A stretch of DNA of 64,000 nt from Tubulanus polymorphus. Its lineage: Eukaryota > Animalia > Nemertea. Position 1 is the first letter of the stretch; every line of letters begins with the position of its first letter. Below are positions 36,470-50,720 of the stretch, piece by piece. The stretch is from NCBI RefSeq assembly GCF_964204645.1, contig NC_134025.1, positions 15,909,101 to 15,973,100 of the forward strand, given 5' to 3'. The notes beneath the pieces were generated by a model. That model made no database searches, was not told where the DNA came from, and saw only the letters and a list, made by a program, of their open reading frames with translations. The position numbers and the translations under genes are program-made.

Positions 36470-39016
36470 TAGTCGAGTATAGTTTCACTGTATTCAAAAT
36501 AAAGAACAGTAAATCATACTGTGGTCTGACCAGTAGGTGTCAATAATTCCTACTTCAATGTTGGACCCCGACACGTTGGTGAAGATGGGGTCAAGTGTGC
36601 TCCCATGTTTAGTTGTTGGATGTTTTACAAGTTGGTGGCAATTAAACTTGTTTACCATGAACCCAGCTCATTGTAGTCAGTTGAATGAACGATGGATTTC
36701 ATGTTGAAATATCCTATAATTACTAATGGGCTATGCAAGTCTAGGTGATTTGACAATGCATTCATAGAGTAGAATAGGGTTCCTAATGAACATTGTGGTG
36801 ACTCGTAAACGAAGACAATTTGGTGAGGTCTGTGCATATATCGCACCTGGTTGCTAATATAAGATTCTAGAAGGTGTATATTGCTTTTGTAGTATGCAAT
36901 TAGGCCATGTGGTGGTCTAAATGCAGTAGTAAGATGTTGGGGCATGTCATTGCGAATAATTTCGTTGTCTGGCATGTCAATTTCAGATTCTTGGTCAGAA
37001 CAAATAAGTGTTGACTCAGAAAATCCACTTATGTCAGCAGCTTTGACGTTTGGGTTGTCTTTGATATCAAGATAATGTTTTGAGTATGACCTTGCATTTT
37101 GATATATGATTTTTAATGCAAAAGGCAAAGTTGAATACAGAGGTGTGTAACACACCTGTAATTGTCTGTTTTGGCACATATATTCCATATGTTGGATGAC
37201 ATGTGAAGATACAGGTATTTTTGCATTTAGATTAAGTATGTGCAAACCTGACAATTGTTTTACACGACTGAGGGCAACATAGTGTGAATGAGTTAGTATG
37301 GATGCAGGTGTTTTGGCTCCAGTACTCATGTCAACAACTATTGTTTCAAATGTTCCACCTTTGGCACGATGAATTGTTCTGCCTGAACTGGGCATAAGCG
37401 GAAATTGAGTTCTCTGAACAGTGACATTTCTGACAGTGAACGAACGCTTCAGTGGAAATATTGGAGTCCAGCTAGCAGTTATCTGGTCAGTAAAAAAACA
37501 TCTATATTTGTTTCTTTGTTGTTTGCCTACATCAGTATTACGGAACTCTACCCTTATTATGGATGGTCGATCACTGGTATTATTATCAAATTGTATTTTT
37601 TCACAGTGTACTCAGATCCATTAATCATACCATCATCGACTGAAATGTTAACTGTTGTAATATAAATCAATGACTCGGCAACGTTTAAAATTCTTGGAAG
37701 GCCACTTGCATCTACATAAGTTTTACAGTTTTCACAGGCATATAATACTTTAGTTTTTACTGAACTACATATATCTGTTAAGACAACGTCTGTACATTTT
37801 ATTGATACTTTAACTGATGAGACAGCATTAAATATCTGGTCATTGTGTTTCAGAGCTTGGATTTTTAGAGGGGAAAACTGCGGAGCAGATTTAGGATATA
37901 TTGTATCAGATGAAGAGACTATACGAGACTTCAAAATGTCTTTGTCTAAGTGGGACAAATTGTTGGTTCTCAAATGATTCAAAAGCTCAGCGGGACAAAT
38001 TGTTGGTTCTCAAATGATTCAAAAGCTCAGCAAAAGGTAAATCTTATTTTTGTCTCATAATCTAATGAAGTTCGTAAATTTTGAAATTGTCCAGCCATAG
38101 ATTATTAGCAAATGCAGCATATTCTTTAGCTACTGGTTGAAATATAAACCAATCCATCACTGGTTTTAATTGGTAGAGGTCTTTACAATCGTCAGGATTT
38201 TCTCCTGGTAAAGAGTATAGAGAGCGCAACAAGTACTGATGAATAACCTTAATTCCAATAGATTTTCCACATCCAGCCGAGCCTGTACATAAAATGTGGC
38301 ATTTTGTCATTAGTTCGATTTATATGCTGTGCTATATGTGTAAATATTTCATTCTGTCTCTTATTTAGTGATTGCAATAATGCATGATATTCAGGTTCAG
38401 TAATTCTTTTAGGAAGCAGAGAAACTTCAAAATTGTAGTTCACTGATGTCAAACCTATGTCTGGTGCCAAGTCATAGATGCGTCGGTGAGTTGGCCGATC
38501 AGGATCAAAGAACATAATTTCCATTCTCAAAGTCTGGTCATTGTAAGGTAGCTGTTCATCAGTATCTACATTTAAATTATCCATAGTTTCTATAACTGAT
38601 TTCAGGTCATCATTGTGTGCTTCAAACTTTTACATAATCATACTGATTTGTGCTGTGTAGGATTTGAAAGCAGTCTCATAAGAATCAAAGTCACGTAGAT
38701 CTTTCTTTGCGCCATGGTACATACGGCAATAAACGTTCCCGAAAGAAATTTTCTGAGTCAGAGCGTTTGTTGTAATTAACAAAGCGTACAATTCGAGCAT
38801 TTGGTTTTAGCTTTACTTGGCTGTCTGACATATTGCTAGAATGGCCAACACAAGAAGGGTCATCATCAATGTTATCGTCATACTGGCTGGTCTCATAATA
38901 GGATGATTTGTTGTTTTGAACCTCAGACAAATTGAGCAAGGCAATAAATTTTCCAATTCAAGGCATCGTCTTGATGAACTAATATGTTGTCAACTGCTAG
39001 ATTACTTGAATTTTTT
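36470..39016 (-). pseudogene. Helentron PIF1-like helicase + AP endonuclease region
   Basis: FFRERLLPYVPWR, LNKRQ, Walker A TGSAGCGKS, TTVNISVDDGMING, TIHRAKGGT and YVALSRV, followed by APE motifs NARS, FSES, GYFN, LDPIF and WSDH. Confidence 0.85.
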
Positions 39017-41289
39017 CGGTGTTGTCATATCGCGGAAAGACGGAATCGCGGAATTTTCCAAAAACGCGGAATTTTTTCATTCTTACTTTAAATAGTAAAC
39101 GGGTTTTCCCACGGGATACCCACTGTCGGACAGGGCACGGGACCGATCGATGCAACGACTTAGGTTCAAATCCCATTATTTGCAGGCAATTTTATATGGA
39201 ATTATTATATTATTACGATACCGTTGACTGGCTGCCACCTGTAGAAGAAGTTAGAATCAAGTGAGGTGAAAGAGACCAGGCACCTAATGTCTATTTCTAC
39301 TAGGCAAACTTCGGTTATCGTAGTTCATCGACTTTTTGAGAACTTCAGAAACGAATATTATCAGATAAATATTGAGCACGTTCGCGGTGTCGGACCGTAG
39401 TTGTAGATGGTTGCAAACATGAAATCCTACGACCAAACAAGTACCGGTTCAAATTCCTTTGAAATTATTATAATTTAACGGCCGTCCAGTACCGGTACCA
39501 ATAAGATTCTTTTGATCCAAATAATCAGCATAGGAACATATATGTTATAGCAGTCACAAAGTAAACATTAACAAGAAAATTAACTTTAATAAATTATTTG
39601 ACGCCTGCGAAAAAATGTAGAATTTCTGGTATAAGCTAATGTGGAATTGCAAATTTGAAATCGAAGTTTTACGAAATTTCGGGAATTATGAGATTTGGCG
39701 ATTGGGTAGATGATACAGTCTTCGACTGGTCCAATCAAAAAAAAAAATTGTCAACTTGTGACTTCGATTCACTTTTGCCTCTAAGCTGGTCTGCAACTTC
39801 ATTGCCTCCATGGTTGAAGAAAGAGCTCTTCTGATGTCTGCTTCATCATGACTTTGAGCATATCGTGTAGCCAGCCAGCCCGGTCCTGGGGCCCGGTCTG
39901 GCTGTCACTTGATATCCTAGACTTGAGTCTGGGTTGAAGAAGACATTGTCATTTAAATAACTTATTCATGTTATTCTGTATGAATTACCCGTGTGTCTTG
40001 TATTTTCTTATTTTAAAATTTGTAAATGTATTGATTTTTGGAATTTTATCACGGAATTTCAATGTAATAAGGATCAATAAAGTATTGAATTGAATTGTCA
40101 CCTTATACACATGCCATCAGTGGACGCGGAGCCGTATATGACAGCTATGCTATTGTAAATTGCTAATCTCAGGAAACCTGCATACCCCTAATATCGAACA
40201 TACTTTCTAAAACATTTCAATATTGAAATTATATGTTTACACGTTTTTATATAGACCGCTTGTAGCCGCCGATGAAATTCACGCCGGCCCTACTCAGATC
40301 GTAGATAGCTTCGTCATTCCACTAGCATCCCCATGTCAGGGTCTGACTTTTATATCGGACTTCCAAATCGTGTATACATCCGCCATTTAACCGAATAATC
40401 CGATTTACTTATCATTTCTATTTATCCCTGCCGCTCCTGATATAATCATACATCCTTTACTATTACAATACGTCTTCTCATGATATTCGATGCGATATAA
40501 CATTTCGACGTTCAAATAAAGGTCATTATATAATCCCAGGGAGCCATTCTACATCTTTATCAATAATATTTTGCCAAATAGCTTGTATGTGTACACATAG
40601 ACCTGTGACGTTTTGCACATCGATTTACGGTTGTCGTTTGTAAAACTGACGCTGAATGGTTATCATTGTTTAGGTTTCATAATGGTAACGTTTTATAAGG
40701 CGTCAAAAAAACGAAACCATTTTATAATCTTTCATATCATTTAATTCTAAAAGATAAACCACATTCTTCGCTTATAACAACAATGTAGACACACAACACG
40801 CATGAACAATCCTAACCCAGAATGAAATATACATAACGTCTATTTATTTTCGTCTGACATAGATCCAGTTCCACAGTTGTGAGTTAACTCTGAGTTACTT
40901 AGAATCAATTCATTTCCAATGTTTTAAATCCAGAGACCAGAGTCAAATCTTAACTCGGAAGTGAGTCCTGGAGGATGACCCATGGTGTCATCAAAAATCC
41001 TACGTTTACGTACCATCGATTTGTATTCCTTCAGTCAATGCAGCGATACTCTGTATCACTGAATTCGCCTAGGTTCTCCATTATTTGGAACAGTATCGTT
41101 AAGTTGTTGACTGGCGATATAATAAATTATCAAATACTTATTCCCGGTGTTGAAAACCTGGGTCCGGTGCCCTGTCCGACAGTGGGTATCCCCGTGGGAA
41201 AACCCGTTTACTATTTATAGTAAAAATGAAGAAATTCCGCGTTTTTGGAAAATTCCGCGATTCCGTCTTTCCGCGATATGACAACACCA
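39017..41289. mobile_element. Non-autonomous TIR DNA transposon (~130-bp TIRs, 8-9 bp TSD; MULE- or hAT-like)
   Basis: 39018-~39146 is the reverse complement of ~41161-41288; gaatttttt flanks both sides. Confidence 0.82.
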
Positions 41290-41350
41290 GAATTTTTTGA
41301 CAACTTCTTTAGGCTGTTCAAATATTTTAAAAGATATGTACGTTCATACG

Positions 41351-41591
41351 TGTTATATGGTTCCTATATCAAATATGATACGATCGCTGATTCTGTTATA
41401 CATGTTTTATGATATGTGTGAATGGTTCACGTCACTCGCAGGACTCGGTCACCTGACCAATTGGGTATATAAAGGAGACCTGCGCATTACGTGGCCAGTT
41501 TTTATAGTCGTTTCGAATAAATGTGAATGTAAAGAACGTCGTCGTCTAATAGTTTTCGTATGGTCAAAATTTGGTAATTTCTACCGTAACA
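41351..41591 (+). repeat. 5' LTR
   Basis: Direct repeat of 47702-47934. Confidence 0.92.
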
Positions 41592-41756
41592 GAAATTGGG
41601 GGCCTGTTCGGGATCACAGCTTTTGGACGACGAAGAGAGTTCATTCGGACATTCATATCGAAATTGTGAATTATTTATTGGACGCTATAAACTCCGGAGA
41701 AGAGATTGTTAGTAGTAGGTACTGTTAGTTTGTTATTCTTGTTCTCCGTATTTAAG

Positions 41757-44700
41757 ATGGCTACTAACAACGTGGACACGTTTGCATTGACTCCTTCGTG
41801 GAGCTTGTTGAAAAAACTCCTGAAAGCCGAATTAGTAGCTGTGGCAGCCCAGTCTGGCATATCGGTTTCCAGTAATTGTTTAAAACAGGAGTTGCTTGAT
41901 ATGATAAGTACTTATCTTGTGGAACAGGGAACATTAATTATTTCTGATGATAAAGACATAAGTGAATGAATAAATGAATCTTTTCAATCGTTAAATGGTG
42001 ATGTTGGGGAGCATAAACGCCTACAATTAGAGATAGAAGACCGTGACCGTCAATGTAAACACGACCTCCAGATGAAAGAATTAGAACTAAGACAGCAAGA
42101 ATTGCAGCTTCGTCAGTTGGAGCTACACCATAGACAGCCTACAGCGCCATTGAATCCAGGCGAGATACCGTTAGATCCAGATAAGTACTTTTCTCATTAT
42201 GGTCGAAGACCATATAGGGATCGTCGCTGGTAAAAATTCTGCCGTTCACCGAACAACACCCGTAGTATCTCTACTGCCATGGATATAGTCCCATTTATGC
42301 TGTATCGATATAAAACTGACAATCCAATAAAAAGTTGTCTGTAACGCGTCATTTGCCTATATGCATGATCCTAGCTATGAACATCATAGCCTGTTGTACC
42401 TAAGGTCCCAAAATCGTGATGAATTATGGAAAGTTTTGAGGCACACGAAGGGTTCAACATATCAGTGAATTGTCTAAATCGGTTTTACTCAGCAATGAAT
42501 TGTTATCCCGATCACTATCCTCACAGGTGCTCGCGTACTAATACATTCGTAAGTAGTTCATAGATGCTGCGCAGTTCGTGGTTTACGCTGACAGGGAGAG
42601 TATCGGTAAGGTGGTCTCTGCTGTGTAAGTCATTCACTAGCCCGGATTTTATTTCATGAAAGCACTGCGAGTGAAGGATTTTCTTCATGCAATGAAAATA
42701 TCACGCCATATCACGGTATCACATATCACGCCATTCAATGCTGTATTCTCGGGGAATTCCCCGTGTGAGTATATACACATACTACATGAAATAGTAGACT
42801 AGAGACAGCAGTGCTGTATACACACAGCGAGACAAGCTGCTGTGTCCCGCCTCATATAAACACAGACCGACTCAGATTGACTCAGATAAACTGTTCGGCG
42901 CACGGTACTAGAAAAAAAGATATAGTGAGATACGCAGGGCTTCCGTGATCGTTAAAAAATGTCCGTTCTCTTTATTAGGAAAGAAATTGTACAAGCCTAT
43001 CTATGCCAAGTCGAGCACATCAGGCGTCAAGCCCAAGGCAAAGGGGAAAGTTTTAGGATTTTTAGAGCCATTTTAAGTGCATTCCTATGTTACCATGTGG
43101 TCTTTGGTTGAAAAATTACCACTAGTAGTAGTGTCTGTCACATGAACTTCATTCATCGAAGCATCATACGCACAGAGAACACAGTTTCATTGGTTAACGC
43201 GTGGACTATACCATTATGGGAAATAGGGTTGGTAGGATGTCTGGGACGATTACACTATGCTTTTTAGGGAATGTAGTTCCACGCATATTATAATTGAAAA
43301 AGATCGTTATATTGAAAGAAACTAAAATAAGAACACTTTAATGTCTTTAGAAAAAAAAATAATCAGTTTATTTTCACAATTCCTCAAAGAATTTTTCAGG
43401 ACTTTGAGAAAATAGGACCACTTTTGTCTGGGGGAAAATGTCCATAATGGTTAAAAGAAACTCTGGAAACACGTGAATTGCTTTCACTAAAACTGATATC
43501 TCCTCATGCACTGTCTTCGACCATATGGACCTTCTTGTTTTGAAAAGGTAGCAGCTAGTCTTAAGTGGCCGAGGCGATTTTGGGCACTAATGTTGCAAAG
43601 TGTGATAGTGGGAAAAGCTCAAGAAGCTTATTCTGCATTGGGGCCGGAGGACAGCCAGAATTATGACATAATTAAAAGTGCATTGTTAAAAGCTTATGAG
43701 CTAGTCCCAGAAGCTTACCGACAAAAGTTTCGTGAACGTAGAAAGACTCATTAAGAGACTTATGTCGAGTTTGGTCACGAAAAGGAAGGGTTATTCAAGA
43801 GATGGTGAGATTCAAAAGATGTTGGCGGCAATTTTGATAAGTTACAAGAACTTATGTTAATAGAAGAATTCAAAAATTGTATACCTGATGAAATTAGGAC
43901 TTATCTAGACGAACATGAAGTTGATAAACTTAATTCTGCCGCAAAATTGGCCGACGATTATTCTTTAACTCATAAGAAGTTAAGCCATGTTATTGTTCCT
44001 TCGGATAAGACCCCTAGTTCTACTGATAGCAAAAATTCTAGTGGTAAAAGCGGTTAGTGTTACTACTGTAACAAACCCAGTCACATAATGGCAAAATGTT
44101 TTCAATTGCAGCAAAAGAGGCAACAAAGTAGTACTCAAACGAAACCAGTTGTTATCACTGTATGTGAGGAGTTAAGGTCATGCCCAGATCAGCTGATTGA
44201 GTCACCAGACAAGTCCTATGATCCGTTCATTACTGAAGGCACAGTTTCACTTCAAAGTTCTAATTCAAAACCGGTAAGTATTAACATTTTGAGAGACACT
44301 GGTGCCCCCCAGACGTTAGTGCTTACTGGCATTTTACCGCTATCTGATTTAACTTATACGGGTAAAAACGTATTGCTCATTGTAGTACCGGTTCATAGAA
44401 TTAATTTACTGTGTACTTTCTTTAATGGTTTAATTGAAGTAGGTGTTCATTCACAGTTACCAGTAAATGGCATTGGTATGTTGTTAGGCAATGATGTTGC
44501 TGGTGGGCTTGTTTATGTTATTCCGCAAGTGTTGAAGTTACCCCACGTAGATGAAATTGTGGAAAACATTGCCGATGATTTCCCTGGTAAGATTTTCCCT
44601 GCTTGTGTTGTGACATGGTCTATGGCTGCTAGAGACGCGTCGGTTATTGTCGGTGAGAATGATTCTTCTAGTGTTGTTGACCCTTATAATCTGGATGGTA

Positions 44701-47559
44701 CCATTTTGCAGATTATTTTGGAAGGGTCTGGGATTAGTGATTTCCCATGTAATTATTCTCAGTCGGAATTAGTAGAGTTTCAAAAGAGGGATGTTGCGTT
44801 AGGTAAGTTGCGTTTTAGTGCTGCTTTTTCAATAGAAGAGTTGGGCGATAGTCCAGTTGGCTATAACATTCATGATTCAGGGGTATTGATGCGGAAATTT
44901 AGACCCCCTGATATTCCGGCTAATGATGAGTGGAGGGTCTTTCGTCAGATTGTTCTCCCAGTAGAGTATCGCAGTGAAGTGCTTCATTTTGCGCATGAAA
45001 CACCTATGGGTGGTCATTTAGGCGTGAAAAAGACATATGATCGGATTTTAAATCATTTTACTAGCCAGGTGTCCACACGGACGTTGTCAAATTCTGTGCT
45101 AGTTGTCATCCATGTCAGTTAAATGGTAAGCCTAACCAAACTATATCTCCCGCGCCGCTAATTCCTATACCGGCGTTTAGCGAACCCTTTGCTGAGGTTT
45201 TGTGCGATGTGGTTGGGCCGTTGCCTGAGACAGGTAACGGTAATGAGTATTTTCTAACCATAATGTGTATAGCTACGAGGTTTCCAGAGGCTATACCTTT
45301 GAGACGCGTATCTGCGCCTGTAGTGTGTAGTGCACTTACAAAGTTTTTCACTGTCTTAGGATTGCCTAAAAGTATACAGTCGGATCAAGGTTCTAATTTT
45401 TTGTCTGGTTTATTCCAGCAAGTATTAGATCAGTTGGGTATTGACCAAGACACCTCGAGTGCGTACCACCCTCAGAGCCAAGGGGCTCTGGAAAGGTTTT
45501 ACCAGACCTTCAAATCCATGCTTAGAAATTACGGTTTGGAGAATTCTAAAGATTCGGATGAAGGGGTGCCATACCTCTAATTTGCTGTAAGAGATTGTGT
45601 ACAAGAGTCATTAGGATTCACCCCGTTAGTATTCGGTCATAAAATACGGGGACCACTCCAGTTGATTAAAGAAAATTTGTTAACTGAAAAAGCGACTGGT
45701 GTATCCTTACTAGAATATGTATCAGATTTTAAGGAACGCCTGTATAATGCTTGGAGTTGTGCCCGTGATCATTTGAAATTAACACAAAAGAAAATGAAAA
45801 CCTCGTACGATCAAAAGGCTAAAACCTAGGAGCTTTGTCCCAGGTGATAAAGTACTAGTTCTTTTTCCAATTGATGGGAAATGTCTTGATGCAGAGTTCA
45901 CTCGACCATATGTAGTCAGGGAAAAGCTGAGTAGTGTGGATTATCGAATTGAAACCCCTGATCGTAGAAAAGAAACTCAGGTTTGCCATATCAATATGTT
46001 AAAACCCTATATGGACAGAAATTGTTCGGATAATGAAAAGGCAAATGTTGTGTGTGTTTTGTGTAAATATTGCTAATGAAACACAATTGGATGATACTGG
46101 TGTAAATAATGACTTAACTGAATCCTAATCACCAGTCTTACAAAACTCTAGTTATTTAAATTCATTAGATGAAAAATTAAATCATCTTGAAGCTGGTGAA
46201 CGGGAGCAATTAAAAGAACTTATATACGAGTTTAAACATTTATTTACAGACAAGATTGGTGAAACTTCTTGGGCTATCCATGACATTGATATTGGTGATG
46301 CCGCACCAATTAAACACATGCCTTACAGAAATAATCCGTTGAAGGCGGAAATTATGCATAAAGAGGTGATATCTATGCTCGTTATGGACGTGGCTGAAAT
46401 CAGTGATAGTAATTGGAGTAGTCCTTGCTTGTTGGTTCCAAAACCTGGTAACAAGTGGCGTATCGTCACTGACTAACGTGGCGTTAATGCGCTGAAAAAG
46501 TCAGAATCCTATCCAATTTCTCGGGTGGATGATTTGATTGACAAGGTAGGAGGCGCTGTGTATGTATCTAAATTTGATCTGAATGAGGGATATTGGCAGG
46601 TCCCCTTATCAGAACGTGCAAAACAGATTTCAGCCTTCGTCACACCGGACGGGTTATTCCAATATAAGAGAATGGCATTCGGCCCGAAAAATTCGGGTGC
46701 TACTTTCCAAAGACTCACGGATAGAGCAGTCCAAGGATTGAGTTTTTCATTTGTATATATAGATGATTTAACTGTAGTTACATTAACGACCTGGAAAGAT
46801 CATCTTAGTCACTTACGAGTTTTATTTGAAAGATTAACTCTCCCTAATTTAACTGTTAATTTACCAATGAGTGAGTGTAAACAAGCAACTGTTGTTTATC
46901 TTGGGCACGTAGTAGGTCAGGGTGAAGTGAAACCTGTTTATGCCAAAGTTCAGGCTATAATTGATTTCCCCGCCCCTCATGACCGTCGATCTTTGTTAAG
47001 ATTTCTAGGGATGTCTGGGTTCTATCGAAAATTCTGTCGAAACTTTGCTTCACTTACTTGTCCCCTTACTGACATGTTAAAGAAAGATGTACCATTTGTT
47101 TGGACTGGAGCATGTCGAACGGCATTTGAAACGGTTAAAAGGTTATTATGTAATGGCCCTGTTCTAACAACACCATAGTTCCTGAGATCGTTCAAAATAA
47201 CCGTTGATGCAAGTGACGTAGGGGCTGGAGCTGTATTGTCACAAGATGATTCTCTCAAAGTTGATCACCCCGTTGCGTTCTTCTCTAAGAAATTTGTTGG
47301 TGCTCAACTTAATTATTCAACTATAGAGAAAGAATGCTTATCTCTTGTATTATCTCTCGTTCATTTCGAAGTGTATGTAACTAACGGTCTACCTGTCTAT
47401 ATTTTTAAAGATCATAACCCTCTAGTTTTCTTGCAGAAGATTAAAAACCAAAACAGGAGACTAATGCGATGGGCGTTGTTGGTGCAAAGTCACAACTTAG
47501 TAATTCAACACATCAAAGGTCGAGATAATATTGTGGCTGATGCTCTATCGCGAGCGTAA
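41757..47559 (+). pseudogene. Gag(SCAN-like)-PR-IN-RT-RH polyprotein remnant
   Basis: YELVPEAYRQKFR (gag), ILRDTGA (PR), GHLGVKKT/CDVVGP/SDQGSNF/SQGALER (IN), FDL..GYWQ/YIDD (RT), DASDVG/EKECL/DHNPL/ADALSR (RH). Many stops. Confidence 0.9.
42197..43537 (+). mobile_element. HINE-like insertion in the Gypsy gag
   Basis: 5' tatggtcgaagaccata hairpin/subTIR, 3' subTIR gtcttcgaccata followed by ggaccttcttgttt. Removing it restores KYFSH|FEKVA; inserted at TT with no TSD. Confidence 0.7.
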
Positions 47560-47701
47560 TTAGTATAAAATGTATTATATCTGAAATGTGCTGATTGTGT
47601 AAGATTTATCGATTATTATAAACTACTGATTTGTGAAGAATTGAAGTAAGATTTGATTTTTTTTTAGTTGTCTTGAGAACAACTGACTTTTGTAGAGGGT
47701 A

Positions 47702-47934
47702 TGTTATATGGTTCCTATATTAGATATGATACGATCGCTGATTCTGTTATACATGTATTATGATATGTATGAATGGTTCACGTCACTCGCAGGACTCGGT
47801 CACCTGACCAATTGGGTATATAAAGCGCATGACGTGGCCAGTTTTTCTAATCGTTTCGAATAAATGTGAATGTAAAGAACGTCGTCGTCTAATACTTTTC
47901 GTATGGTCAAAATTTGGTTATTTCTACCGTAACA
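47702..47934 (+). repeat. 3' LTR
   Basis: Direct repeat of 41351-41591 with several substitutions and indels. Confidence 0.92.
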
Positions 47935-49990
47935 ATCTGGTGGTGATGTGTTAATGAAAACCATCTCTCGGATACATCGAGTAATGGGCATTTGTAAAGT
48001 AAGATAAGCTGCCTCTTGAGCTCCGATTTCAACTGAGTTAATGAACTTATTGCCAACATGCCTGACTGCTTTTTTAAGTCTTAATTTTCGTTTCTTGCTT
48101 CTTTGCAGTCAGTTTTTAATATACTGCTCATAACTTTTTGTCCTTTGCAGGTATAACTTGCAAACACTGCCATACTGAAGGCATCCAAAATATATTGGAT
48201 ATCATGGTTTGCTTGCCAGATACCCAAACGATTTTTCATATACGGGTTAATTCTAAGTCCACTAGGTGATCTTTTTAGGTCAATTTTTGGTTTTGATAAG
48301 GAAGATCTGATGGTATCAACATATTCATTTTCTGACATCTTAAGATAATTTTGAAGGAAATTTTTAAAAAGAGACATCAGAACCGAACCGTCACCATAGC
48401 TATTCAAAACATCAATAATCTGAGTGTAGTATTTTGAAGTGTATGCAGAGGCAAGCTGTATTGATTATCAGCAGAATCAATATAAAGTGGGTAAAGTATC
48501 CTGGTAGTGGTAATTGGTGGTTGCGGGTATCCAAATCTATAAGATTTTGTCCTACCTTTTCGACAAGTTTGTGAATGTTCATGTCGTTGATATTCAAGGT
48601 ACTCTTGTTCATTAAGTGGAACATTAGATGAAACTGAAATTATATTGTCAATGAAGTCAACTATTTATAAATCAGAATCCTCTCCAAAGACTGGAGCATC
48701 ATGTAGCCATATTGTCATATGGACATGTGGTGAACCCCAGGTCTGAAATTCTATTCTGGCAGAGAAGTCAGAAACTTTTCCAATCGGATTATTTTTACTT
48801 TTGAGAACTAGCTTTATAAATTGCTGTAATTTATGATCAAAATATCTTGCGCAAGTCACTGGGTCGTTACTGATGAGGCGGCTTGTGGTTCTCCAATCAA
48901 AGTTTTTTATTTCATCATCTGTGTAGTGCTTCCCATCTATAAGAATACCCAGAGTTCTTAAAAGTGGAGTCCATTTAGTATCAGCGGCAGACTTGCTGGG
49001 AAACCAAGTTGTCGAATACAAGCGAACAGATCTCTTTTACGTTTAGATAAGTATGCAGGGGTATTTCTGATTGACTTGAAAATATAATAACCTTCATCCA
49101 ATCTGACAATGTTGTCTCGAAAAGTTTCATCTGCAAGATCACCGGATGTATACGTTTTACCCCTTGTTTATACTCTACGCACTGAGATAGACGCCTTGTC
49201 TGAAACCTGTTTTAGTTGCAATTTTTGAAGTTTATAAAAGATGTAAGGAATATTTGAGGCGAATCGCCTATCAATGCAGCGGAGTTCGTACTTGCAGATA
49301 TCACTGTAATGCACTGGAGCATATGTTAAGACATTTGGATCACCTTCATCTAATCGTGTATCCATATTATCTAATTGCAGTTCCTTGTTATCAATTTCTA
49401 TAAATCCATCATCATCACTGTCTGAATCTGATTCAGAAGGTTGATTTTGAGGTTGTCGCTTTTTCGAATCAGAAATTCTACCTTCAAGAAAAGGTTGTAT
49501 CTCGGGATACTCAACAGTTCGGTAGGCTAGCTGTAGTTTACTTTGAACAGCTACAGTTTGACTTTCACTTATTTTCCTAGGCAATGTATTGTCAGTGTGT
49601 TCAATGGCAACTGGGACATTACAAACTCCACCTCGAATAAATTTCTGCTGATTAACTGGGAATTGTCGTATTTGCATGAATGGGATCCTAAGTGCTATGA
49701 GCCTTTCTTCTAATGACGTAATATTCAACTCTGGTGGTTTGATAGGGAATCCCATTTTATTTTTTACAGATAAGCCCGGAATAAGTCCTTTATTTATATT
49801 TGCTAAACAGGTAACACATATCCATGCTTTATTTTTCATGAGAGATAATGTGTGTGTAAGGCAATCGTTCAATAAATGGCTGTTTTTAGCATTAATTGAA
49901 ACAGTAACTTTTGAAACAGAAACCTTGAACCATGTTTGCTGGCATACTGAACAAACATAAGCAGGCCTACATTCAACTGCTGCTAGGAAA
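47935..49990 (-). pseudogene. Helentron Rep (HUH-Y2) region with upstream zinc-finger/DUF6570-like segment
   Basis: WICVTC, LEERLIALRIPFMQI, NDPVTCARYF, RIEFQTWGSPHVH, WQANHDIQY, SYTCK and VEIGAQEAAY. Confidence 0.88.
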
Positions 49991-50519
49991 GCCGAATAGT
50001 CAGCTCAGAAAGAATCATGAAAACATGTAGATTCTGAGTTAGAGATTGACACATGGTCATTATAGGATATAATTCCATGAGACATGGATCCATTTCTAGA
50101 TTGTTTGAGTTTGACATAACTTTGTGGTACACTATGACTATGTGATCTTTTCCTAGGAAATATAACTTTGTCTTTTTATAAGTTTTCTTTTTCGATGATT
50201 GATCGTAGAGGTACCTCTCATGACATTTCTGTTTTTGCGTCTTATTAATACGCAATTTATCATAATTTTCTCTGTAACATCTCATGTATGACCTCATGTA
50301 TGATCGTTTCTAATGTTTTTCCTGTAATTTTTTTTTGATCGTCCGAGTACAATTGAAAAGATGATAAACTACTAAACCTGGAAAAAGATGGTCTAGTAGA
50401 TGCTGCATGGACAGTATCACTGGTATCCAGCGCTTTAACAATTGTATGCCTTCTAGTATATAAGCTTTCTTTGAAATCAATTTAACATCATAGAAAGATA
50501 CATCATAAGCTGCAGCATT

Positions 50520-50720
50520 AAAAGAGCTTATATATGTGTTGATGAAATCCAAAATATTGATCAGACAGTCAAATTCTAGTAAAACTGATGATCCATCAGC
50601 ACAAGGGAAACCTGGGGTATTGCGGCTATGAGAATCAAAAAGGTAATATTTACCATTCCTTACAAATAAAGCATTTGTGCCTAATATAGCTATACAATTC
50701 GAATTGCTGATTAAGTAGTT
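50520..50720 (-). pseudogene. Herpes tegument (BPLF1/UL36, peptidase C76)-like protease remnant at the Helentron N-terminus
   Basis: The minus strand reads CIAILGTNALFVRNGKYYLFDSHSRNTPGFPCADGSSVLLEF (FD[SP]HS motif). Confidence 0.65.

Larger units (their letters stand above)
41351..47934 (+). mobile_element. Gmr1-like Gypsy LTR retrotransposon (PR-IN-RT-RH order), decayed
   Basis: LTRs at 41351-41591 and 47702-47934 (TG...CA). PBS tgggggcctgttcgggat at 41597-41614 (tRNA-Pro-like). Purine tract before the 3' LTR. Degenerate 5-bp TSD atacg/atctg. Confidence 0.92.

Noticed and set aside
37951-38030. 40-bp tandem duplication in the helicase (and a ~31-bp duplication at ~61990-62043)
   Set aside because: Simple post-insertion slippage mutations, not functional repeats.
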